The position numbers and the translations under genes were made by a program. Source: Lama guanicoe (lineage: Eukaryota). Taken from it: a stretch of DNA of 64,000 bases. Shown one piece after another: positions 25,001 through 52,538 of this stretch. Below the pieces are notes generated by a model that saw only the letters and a program-made list of their open reading frames with translations, was not told the DNA's origin and searched no databases. Each line of letters begins with the position of its first letter. The first letter of the stretch is position 1. The stretch spans positions 234,867 through 298,866 of the forward strand of contig MU055016.1 in assembly GCA_013239625.1 (NCBI GenBank). Direction: 5' to 3'.

Positions 25001-27458
25001 TTATTGTCAAAACAATTTCTTCCTTTAAAATGGATATTAGTGGGTGTGAAAAAGGCAGCTTGGAAACTTTTGAGGACTTGAAAGTGTTGTGCTCCTTAAA
25101 AAGTCACACTTGTTTCAGCAGAATTGTTTGGGGGCTCCAAACAGAGCAAGGGGTCGAGTGCGTGCTCACCAGCCAGCGTGGCTTCTGTGTGGAGTTTGTC
25201 AAGTGCCCCGAGGTCATGCTGGCTGAGGCCCGGGCTGGCCGGACTCCTTCCCCCGAACCAGTGGTGTTTCTTAATAAAAACTGTACCTTAAAATAGGAAT
25301 TTACAGCTAACTCTGGCTTTTTCCCAATGAATTGTATTGACTCTGATGGCCTCATAAGCTCTGGAATTACACTGACAGCTTGGAGCAGTGACTTGCATCT
25401 TGATTGTTTGATTTGTCTGTCTCTGTGTGTGTTTTTACTGTTTTGTAGCTTTCGCGCTGTAGTTCAATGAGTTCATTATCACGTGAAGTCAGCCAGCATT
25501 TTAACCAGGTACCTGTGGCTGGCCGTTCTCACTGGACTTGGACTTGAACTGGGCTGTTTGTCTGTGTCGCTGTGCTGGCTGGTCCCTTGCTCTCGGTGTC
25601 TAACATTACCTCTCGTCTCAGCCAACCGTCACACGACTGAGGATGCGGTGTTCCTGTCTTTAAACCTTCTGGAAGGGTGGTGCTAGATACCCAGATACAC
25701 TGACAGTCGAATTGAATGAAAACGTTCATAGTGAACCAGCAAGTTCTGGAGTCCTACACTTTCTGAATTGATTTTTCCAAATGACCGGCCTCAGGCACAG
25801 CCTTACACGTGTGTGTGTTTCAGAAGCCGGGCTGCTCTCAGTTGAAAGGAGGAGTTTGTTTTCTGACGGAGCATGAGAAGCTTGGTTTTAGGCCAGGTGG
25901 GGTGGCAGTGACCGCTGCCCTGTGGTCAGTCTGGGTGGGACGTAGAGGAAATATTCCGTCTTCACGCGTATCGTGGAACGAAGCTTTGCCCGCCGCTCGG
26001 CAGAAAGGCTTCGTGTGATTGGTTTGCATAGTAAACCGCTGGGTTTTGTAGCTGCATACTTTGGGCTGAAGTAGCCAGAAGTCGCTTCTAACTGCTCCAG
26101 CTGATGCCAGCGGGCCCCTCGGGGCCCCGCACTGCCTCGCCTGCGTGCTCTGGTCTCTGAAGCGCTGTGCTCTGCATGTTGCTGTGGTGTTCGCCATTTC
26201 TCTCTGAACCACTAAATAATTAAATCCAGTGTTGCAAGAAGTATCTAGACCTGCTTCTGTGCATATTTAGAAGTCGTACAAATCCTGACCCAGAAATAGT
26301 GTATTTGCAAGTGAAACACAAACCACTTTGTAAGTTAGTTGTTGAGATGAACTCTCTGTGGTTCTCAGGCTCCCAGTGCTCACACCCCTACAGGGGCCCC
26401 CCCCGGGGGAGCAGTGCCCTTCTACAACCCTGCCCAGTTTGCGCAGGTAAGTGCCCTGGCTGTCCCTGAGGGGCGGGTGGGAAGCTGGAGGAGGCCTTTC
26501 CCCCACCGATGACCCCGACTTGCCTGCTCACCCTTCTCCCTTCGCCGCCACCGCCATGGGTATGAACGCCGCCACTGTGCCCGGGGTCCTGCCGCCTCCT
26601 GCTGGTCCACCTCCCTCCCCTTTTGGCCTTGGCCACCCCTCACCTGGTACTTGTGACCTCCGGCAGGGAATGTTCCTGAGCGTTCCCTTTCATTTCTCCC
26701 CACCTGCCTTCTCTCTCCTCCCTTCCTGCAGAGTAAAGACGGCTGCCCGTCTAGGGGGAGCTCAGGGTGGGACGAGGTCTGCGGGAGGTCTTGGCGTTCA
26801 GAACGTGAAACCTTCCCTGATCCCCGGTTGTCCCAAGGCAGCCCCGGCCTCTCTCCTCCCAGCCACTGGCTTCCGCCTTAGCTGGCAGTGGTGGCCTTCC
26901 CACCTGCCGCCCGCACCCTCCCCTGGTCCCCGGGCTGCCACCTGCTTGTTCACTTCAGGGTTCCTTGGTTGTTTTCTCCTCTCCTGTCATCTTTATCTTA
27001 TGGGTTATGCCTTTACAAACGCTCCCTGGCTTTCATTTCAGTTAGGATTTTCGAGGGAGCAGGAGTAGATGTCCACTGTCTTCCCATGGGCGTCCCTGTG
27101 TCCTGTCAGTAGCAGGCCGGCCCCAGGCCCTCCCTGGAGTCTAGGCACTCAGCTGTCGGGTCAGCCTGACAAGACTGCAGGCACCCTTGAAGGGGATGTC
27201 AAGACGGGGTATTGCCTTGGTCAGTTATCACGGGTTTGCAGCAACAAAACACGCAGAACATGCATGTCTGTTGAGAGAAATGGTCTGTTCTGGCTTGTTC
27301 CGTTGACCCGCTGATCCTTCATGGAGGGTGGCCCACCTTGGGGGTGAGGGGCCAGGTGTGCGAAGTCAGTGCTGTCTGTGTTGTTTCAGGCCTCTGCTGC
27401 CTCGGGAAGTTCAAGGACGGGAAGGATTGGCCAGAGGAGATACCCAGCATTGAGCTAG
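387..27458 (+). CDS. SEC16A: SEC16 homolog A, ER exit-site/COPII scaffold (spliced, 30 coding exons, 2377 aa with both cassette exons)
   Basis: Exons read from splice sites with consistent phases: 387-4007, 5711-5847, 8115-8212, 9451-9577, 10076-10256, 10348-10522, 11566-11708, 12374-12435, 12540-12678, 13045-13284, 14446-14543, 14961-15042, 15246-15363, 15506-15617, 15790-15895, 17387-17527, 18411-18524, 18695-18887, 19344-19589, 20079-20161, 21023-21175, 22771-22851, 23051-23107, 23233-23344, 23756-23893, 24169-24263, 24872-24946, 25449-25508, 26369-26446, 27390-27458 (TAG). Sum is 7134 nt. Recognisable SEC16A peptides: [104 protein letters not shown]. Confidence 0.97.
2787..2810 (+). repeat. 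Coding hexanucleotide microsatellite (CCTGTC)4 encoding PVPVPVPV in SEC16A
   Basis: Four exact CCTGTC units read directly. Confidence 0.9.
7402..7527 (+). mobile_element. tRNA-derived SINE (Vic-1-like, camelid type)
   Basis: gggagagtatagctcagcagtagagc...ctgggttcaatcccagtac with Pol III A and B boxes, followed by an A-rich tail. Family name from recall. Confidence 0.85.
9060..9200 (+). mobile_element. tRNA-derived SINE (Vic-1-like)
   Basis: gggagagtatagctcaaacgatagagtgcatgcttagcatgcacgaggtcctgggttcaatccccagtacc followed by an A-rich tail. Confidence 0.88.
11069..11180 (-). mobile_element. tRNA-derived SINE (Vic-1-like), antisense, with approximate target-site duplication
   Basis: T-rich tail, then gaggtactgggaattgaac...ctctaccaactgagctatcctccc. 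Flanked by ctcttggtcactt (11056-11068) and ctctcggtcactt (11183-11195). Confidence 0.8.
15338..16724 (+). repeat. Near-perfect tandem duplication (copy 1 15338-16019, copy 2 16020-16724) containing two complete SEC16A exons
   Basis: Identical ORFs occur at offset 705 (15791 vs 16496; 15545 vs 16250). Copy 2 carries an extra 23-bp internal tandem unit (16109-16131 / 16132-16154). Duplicated exons lie at 16211-16322 and 16495-16600. Confidence 0.97.
16770..16931 (-). mobile_element. tRNA-derived SINE (Vic-1-like), antisense
   Basis: T-rich tail, then ggtactggggattgaacccatgaccttg...ctctactactgagctatatccacccc. Confidence 0.85.
21640..22140 (-). mobile_element. Old L1 (L1M-type) fragment, antisense
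   Basis: gccattctg...ttgattgcggtttagtttgcatttccctggcgagtgatggcgctgagc resembles the antisense L1 ORF2 3' region. Boundaries approximate. Confidence 0.55.
22445..22750 (-). mobile_element. Old L1 3'-end fragment (L1MB-like), antisense
   Basis: ttgtggttaaatatacacaaaacttaccatt...gtaaccaccaccacc...cttcactcagcatgatgtcctcaaggtt is typical of antisense L1M 3' UTR sequence. Confidence 0.7.
24515..24615 (+). mobile_element. MIR SINE fragment
   Basis: ctgggtttcagccctggttctcc...ttgggaaagtcacttacctaagcctcagtctcct resembles the MIR core. Confidence 0.6.
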
Positions 27459-29042
27459 AATGGTCCGTCTGGATGAGTGTTTGGAACCCTGAAATTATTA
27501 CCCTCCACCGAGAGCTCAGGCTGATTGCCTGCAACCTCTCTTCTGTTCCCAGATGGACGGCCGTGATTCAGAAGTACCTTCATTTCCTCCTCACCACCTG
27601 TCTTTACACAGTATCGCCAACAGTGATTCCACACCTTTAAGATGCTGAATGACAAGAGTAAATCTTTGACTCAGAATCTTTCATTCCTTTTAAGGATCCA
27701 ACATTCTTAGTCATTTAAGGATGTTACACTAAGCAAAGCTGCAAACATCTTGGCTACAGGAGAACCTTGCTTTTCCGTAACTAAGGCGTCTCTCAAAACC
27801 TAACAGTGAATTATTGCCAAGTCACCCCACGGGGTCCTTCAAGATGCTAGAAGGAAGTGGTGGACCCCTGACTCAGAGGGAGGTGTTGGCACCCACCCTA
27901 CACACAGAGGCAGTGGGCTCCCACGTCACTGTGGCTGAGCCTGGGAGGGGGTTCCTCTCAAAGGAAATGTGGGGTTAATTCAGCGAGTTCAGTCAGGCTC
28001 TGCGGGAGGCCCTGGTTACTGAAGTGCATTTCTCTCTAGCAGAGCTGGGTCCAGCTTCACTTAACCTTCCGCGGCCTGATCTGGCCCGTGAGGGACTCCA
28101 CGCAGCTGAAGGAGCTGGCTTTGCCCGTCCCTAGGGGCGGCTCCATGGTGGGGAACGAACGAGCCACAGGGAACTTGTGTTCTGACATGGCTGAGCCCAG
28201 CTAGTCAGCCACGTTAACACCTGGTCACTTGGGGGACTTTGAGGTACGTGTGTGTAGCCTGGTCAGACTCCCCGTCGGAAGCTCTGGGTCGCCGTGCTCC
28301 CCGAACCAGTCGATGCGGGGCTTCCTCCTGGGCGGTGTTCACAGCGCAGCCCCGCTGACTGGCTCCTCTTCCCTGGTTGACTTCATATAAGGGAGTTGGT
28401 AACATCTCGAAAAACGTAGCTTAAAATAATTTCTTGACGGAAGCTCTGGAATCTGCTCTTTCTGCCCCTGAACTTTTCCCACACCGAGCTCCGGGGGAGC
28501 TGACGCGTCAGCTCTCGGCCACGGGAGGCCGCAAGGAAGACCTCCTCCTGTGGGCTCAGAGCTTTAAGGCTTCACCAACTGTTCCTAAAACTTCACATTC
28601 TTGTTAAGTCTAAAGGGACTAAAGAAAAGATTTAAATATTTATAAAAATCATTAGGAAGTAATTTCTGTAGAACGCTGGGGGAACACGGTTGGTTGGAGT
28701 TTTAGACCCAAGTGTGAGGTTGTATGTGGACCCGGCAAGGTCCGCCTGTCTTCCAGGGTCACTTGTCACCTAGGAGAGACCCACAGTGGTTTCCAGAGTG
28801 CGACACAGATCTGTGACTGATCCATATTCCTGTCGCCTCGCTGACGGGCAGTCTGCCGTGTCCCTTGGTCAGTGCCCCGTGTCATTCCTGGGACCTGAGA
28901 CCCTCCTGGCACCGTCAGCTCCCCCGTCAGCCCTGCCGATCATTCTCTGTCGACTGCCAGTGACTTTTGACTCAAGAAGCTTCCTCTGAGGTGGGGAGCT
29001 GCTATTTTTCCTAAATGCAAATTGTTACACTGCAAATTGTTA

Positions 29043-29048
29043 AATAAA
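29043..29048 (+). terminator. SEC16A polyadenylation signal AATAAA (3'UTR about 27459-29070)
   Basis: AATAAA about 1.6 kb after the stop codon, with T-rich sequence downstream, just before the INPP5E CpG island. Confidence 0.75.
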
Positions 29049-29148
29049 ATATTTTGCTCTCTCAAGCATTTCACCCTGCCTCTTTTTGTTTATTGGGAGC
29101 CAGTGAGTCTCCCTCTGCAAAGCCTGGGAACCCTGGGCCTCACCTGCA

Positions 29149-29288
29149 TTTTTTTTTTTTTTGGTTGGAGAAAATTAGGCTTATTTACATATTTTTTAAT
29201 TATTTATTTGTGTGTGTGTAAGTACTGGGGATTGAACCCAGGACCTTGCGCACGCTAAGCATGGGCTCTGCCACTGAGCTACACCCTC
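29149..29288 (-). mobile_element. tRNA-derived SINE (Vic-1-like), antisense, with target-site duplication
   Basis: Poly-T tail, then agtactggggattgaacccaggaccttgcgcacgctaagcatgggctctgccactgagctacaccc. ctcacctgca is repeated at 29139-29148 and 29292-29301. Confidence 0.88.
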
Positions 29289-29539
29289 GTGCTCACCTGC
29301 ACTTTATTGTACAGAGGCTCCTGGGCCACCTGAGTCTGTTCGTGATCCTTGCTCTTCATGGGCAGAGGAAGGAGGACGCCTCTGAAGGGTGGTGGGTTTG
29401 ACATGGAATACCCTTCCTGGTGGGAATGAGAGATGAGGCAGTGCTGCTCCCTGGGGGCCCCGGGCAATACCAAGTGTTCTAGGATTCCCTCTGTCCGAAA
29501 GGCCCCCAGCCCGCACACCTGCACGGGCATGGGGGCGGA

Positions 29540-30250
29540 GGCAAGGAGGCCGCAGGTGCACTGGCGCCCACCAGAGGGTGCCCCCCGTCCTCGCTGTGCG
29601 CGGCTGGGTCCTCCGGCCGCCAGGGGCCGCTGCAGGCGCCGGGTCCCGGCCGCCCTGCCTGCCGGTTGCCGGGGAGCGGCCGCCGAGGCCCGCGGGGCTG
29701 GAGAGCGGGCGGCTCTGAGAGGTGGGGACACGGGGCGCGGGGTACGGCGCGAAGTGACCCCCGGGCGGGGGCGCGGCGGGAGTCCTGGACGAGGTCCGGG
29801 GCGGGGGCTTGGGGCCCAGGGGTACTAGGCGCGGGATCACCCCTGGGCGGGGGTGCAGGGATCCGGGGCCGGGCGCGCGTCGGGGCACGGGGTCCTCGGC
29901 GCGGGGCGGACCGCGGGGTCTTAGGCGCGGGGAACCCCTGGGCGCGGGGCTCGTCTCCCCTCCCTGCCCCTCCCCCGGGGCTCCGGGCTGGTCGTTGCCC
30001 TGAGGAGCCCCACAGCCGGCCAGGCTGTACTCGCAGGTCCTGAGTCAGGGGCCTTCGCAGCCGGGGCCGCTGACCTGCTCAGGGTCGCCCGCTCTCGGGG
30101 CGGGCACTGCGGGCCGAGCTATGGTGGTAGGCGCGCAGGTGAGCGGGGCGGGGCCGCCTGGCTGCGGGAGGAAGGGGCGCGGCAGGGTCCCCATCGGAGG
30201 CTGCGCCGACGGGGAGCTTACTTGGTCATGCCCCCGCACCCCACGGGAAG
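29540..30250 (+). promoter_or_regulatory. CpG island / promoter and 5' leader of INPP5E
   Basis: Very high GC and CpG density with multiple GGGCGG boxes, upstream of the INPP5E ATG at 30687. Confidence 0.8.
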
Positions 30251-30686
30251 AGCAGGCCCCTCAGGAGGGTGGACTTCCACCATCCTAAGTTGCTCCTGCT
30301 TTCACCCACCTCCCAGGAGGAAGCCGCAGGCCAGAACGTCTAGATGCTACTTCTTGCTGGCCTGTTGCTGACCTGTCCGCTCCGTCACCTTTAGGAACAG
30401 TAAATTGGCATCAGGGCCACGGTGGTGGCAGGCTGATAGCACACTTTCTTTAGGTTCCAGTCGGGGACTTAAGACCTTCAGGGCTTCCAGCCATGCAGCA
30501 GCCAGCCCTGGTGGTGCCGGACCACCCCAGGCCTGAAGGGGAGCCGCTGCCGGTCCTCTCCTCTGTGCCTCGCCCAGCGACGTCTGACCTCGCACCCCTA
30601 ACACTGGGAGTCGCCAGTAGCCCCAGGAGGAGCCATCTTCTGAGTGGCTCGGCTGCTGTTGTCCCGTGAGGGCCGGCCCCTGGACT

Positions 30687-39833
<9,147 letters not shown>

Positions 39834-40680
39834 GAAGTTTGCCGAAGGAGGGGGATTCGCCACCTGCAACGTGGGAGGGTATTTGGCCCAGACTCCCTGG
39901 AAGAGAGAGGAGGTTGCCATCTGGGACCTCTCCCTGTCTTTGGATCAGGATGAGCCACTCCTGGAATGGGACCAGCCCGTGCGTACTGACTCACCACCCC
40001 CGGAGCTCCCCTCACAGGGCGGCCCGCGCACAGCCCGACGCTGGCCTGCCCGCCCACGGTCCCTGTCGGCCTAGGCGTCAGGGCGGCTTCAAGCGGCTCG
40101 CAGGCTCTCCACCCCACCGCCAAGCTGCCACCTCCTCCGGCCTGGCTGCCGAGCCCTCACCTCTGTTTGCATGTCCAGATCCACAGCCTCCCTGCAGCCC
40201 CTAAACACCAGCCAGGAGCTGCCCGTCTTGTCTGAGCTCAGGGCGCCCAGTAGTGCTGGGGAGGAGGCTGCCCGGGGCTGGGTGACCCTGGGATCTCGGA
40301 TCCCACGTCAGGGACCACAGACAGGACCCGGCTGAGGCTGGGATGAGGAGGGGCCGGTGGTTCAGGGCCACAAAACCACCTCCCTCTCCTCTCTTGGTCT
40401 CAGTAATTTCAGACCATTTTCAGAGGCGAATGGCATTCATATAAGAGGTGAGTTTCCCGGTCAAAGAAACCGTTAGAAGCTTCTAATGTCACCACCTGGC
40501 CCGCCTCGGCCAGCACCCCACCACGTTCCAGATTTCTTCTTCCTCAAAGGATTTAGAGCCCATCATTGCTTTGTGTCTTAGCCCATCTCTTAAAAACAGT
40601 GCAGGCTTTGAATGTGGGAAAATCTAGGGGCATTCAATCTAGTCTCTTAAATTATTTATTTTTCAGTATTTATATTTTTA

Positions 40681-40686
40681 AATAAA
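40681..40686 (+). terminator. INPP5E polyadenylation signal AATAAA
   Basis: AATAAA in an AT-rich patch about 850 nt after the stop codon. Confidence 0.7.
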
Positions 40687-42794
40687 TACATATATTGACT
40701 CTCAAACTCTCTCTGGCTAAAGGTTGAGTCCTAGAAAGAAACAGTCTGTATGCACACCCTGTTCTTTCAATGTTCTTATGAGGAGAGGCTGTCACATTCA
40801 AAGGTAGCATGTTTGGTCTCACGTGATCTACCTCTGCTGCCCGTGCACCCACAGCCTCGTCTGCTGCCCCCAGGTAAGTGTTCACTGAAAAAGGGCTTCT
40901 GGGGAGACCAGAGTACTTCAGACTTGAGTGAACCATGATGAATGATGGAAAGTCAATTCCAAGAAGTAGGCTATCAAACTTTTATTAGCGTCAGCTTCCA
41001 AAACGTGGAATGTAGATTTTAAAGCAATGCACACCCAATCTTTTGGTACAAGTGGGAGAAATTCCACTGAGAAGGCAGTCAATCCCATCTAATCTTTAGA
41101 AACTGTTCAGATTGTCTGAATGTGTAAAATTGTGCTCAGAAGAATGTGCGTTTGAGTTTTGAATCAATTGTGGTCACAGGGCTTGAAATGAGTAAGATTT
41201 TATGGATTCTTTCTGGGTGTTTTCTCTGACCAAAATCACGGAAAAGAGATTTAATGTGACACGGACATGTGTTAGCTTTGAGACTGAGCTTCATGTGGCT
41301 GGGGGGCCATTACATACACCTGATGGGTCCAAAGTGAAGCAGTTACTTAGTACCAGCCATCAGTTTAGACGAATGGGGTCTCACTTGGAAAGTGAGGTTA
41401 AAGCCCAAATTAATGCAAATGAAACTGGTGACTGTCTGGAAACTGAGCTTCATAAAGAAGCGTGGAACACAACCAGGCTTGAGGGCGGTTTTTAGAGCCC
41501 AGCTCTTTTCTCAGAAGTGTGCCTTGAGTCCTGCACGGCCAGCGCAGGCTGCCGCCAGAGGTGGGGGTGCTGACAGGGAGGCCGCTGAGGATGACAAAGG
41601 CGCACTTGTGCTCAGGAATGGAGTGGACAACCTATACCGTGGGTATGCTGGAAAGGTGGCTAGGAAAAGCCCCCCTCCCCCCAGCGAGAGGGAGGGGCGC
41701 GGCACCCAAGGCACAGAAGTGCCCGGCCTGGGTGGGGGGTGCGGCTGGCAGAGAAACCAGCCCTGCGTGAGTACCAGCTTCTAGGAGGCTCATTAGGAGT
41801 CGAGTGCAGCCCAGGCAAGTCCATCTGAACGTACCTCGGGGGCACAGCCCACTCCTGGCCTGTCTGCCACGCGCCTCCCCCCACTCCCGCGGTGAGGACT
41901 TTAAGGCTGCACTGCAGGACCACGCCTTTGACTCTCAGGCTCCCACCCCAGTGGACGGGACTGCGAGGGGAGCGCGGAGTCAGCGCCGGGCCCAGACGCC
42001 TCCCACCCAGGAGTCGGAAAGGGATGGAAATGGAACAACAGGCCCTGGCAGAGTGAACAGATGAGAAAGGCGATGCTCACGTGTTTATTTTTCCTTGTAC
42101 CCCCCCCACCCCTCCAAGCTGGACTGCAGAGCCTGCACCTCTTCACATTTCAAAAAATACAATTTGGAGATGACTCCTCTATAAAACTGTGCGGTCCAAG
42201 TGCAAGCTGCTGACCACCAGGAAGCCGCCTTCTGAACCATGGCAGCACGGGAACAGCCCAAGGCAGCCAATGCACGTGTCCAGGCCCCGGCCTCCCACAT
42301 GGAACCCGGGGCCTGTGTGTGTCTGAGGCCCCCGAAGTGTCCTGGGTCACCAAGGTCGCCAGACCTTTTGAGCTCCCCACCCTTCATCATGTTCACGGGC
42401 TTTGCTGTTTCCACCTGTCAGTTGTAAGCACCCCACCTCCCCCACCCCATGCACATCCACACCTCGGAGGTCGGGCAAGAGGGTTCACAGTGCTGGGTCA
42501 AGCTGGACAACCCTCAGGGAGAGAAGCGGGTGCTCACGTTGCCCCGGGACCCACCATGGCACTCAGTGTGGGCAGCACAGGCCTCTCGGCAGCGGGCAGG
42601 GTTGACAGCCTGCTGGCCTGAGGAGACGGCTGGGTGCTCCCCCACCCAGGGACTGCCAGTCCCGGAGACCTCATGGAGGGCCCCTCCCAGCGAAGCTCCT
42701 TGTGGAGGTGTGGAGACCGACCTGGTCTGACTACAGTGGTGACTGTAACCTCTGTGCTTCACCTGGTGTCCAGCTGCAGCCGTGGAGAGAAATC

Positions 42795-42800
42795 TTTATT
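42795..42800 (-). terminator. Candidate proximal PMPCA polyadenylation signal (further candidates at 42084-42089 and 40981-40986)
   Basis: TTTATT on the plus strand (AATAAA on minus) about 180 nt after the PMPCA stop. Confidence 0.5.
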
Positions 42801-42978
42801 CCACTGATTGGCACGTTCAATTCTGAAGAGTTGTGCTCTGGTGACATTAAATAGGTTCACTGATGTTTAGGGAAAAAAGCCCGAGAGTGCACCATTTATG
42901 AATGTTTGTTCTAAAGTCACATCCCAAGAAGCACATAAAAAGGTGCTAACAGCTCTGGGTCTGCGGGTCCCAGGGCCT

Positions 42979-52285
<9,307 letters not shown>

Positions 52286-52538
52286 CTTGTGTCTCCGCCC
52301 ACCGGTTCTGTCGTCACTTCCTGTTCCGCCACTGACGCCCCGCCCCCCCGGCACCGGCCCGCGGCGTTCGGGCTCGCGCTTCCGGTGCGCGGAGCGGAAG
52401 CAGAGGCCAGAACCTCGGAGCGGCGGCCGAGCGGCGGGCGACTGGGGCGGGCAACTCGGGCCGCGGCCGGGGCGGAGCCGGGGCCATGGAGCCGCCGCTG
52501 CCGGGCTAGGGAGGGCTGGCGCCGCCGGGCCCGCGGCG

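Noticed and set aside
40934-41070. C-box-like ATGATGA with a downstream CTGA (possible C/D snoRNA)
   Set aside because: Not intronic, no terminal stem or recognisable guide, and such motifs are expected by chance.
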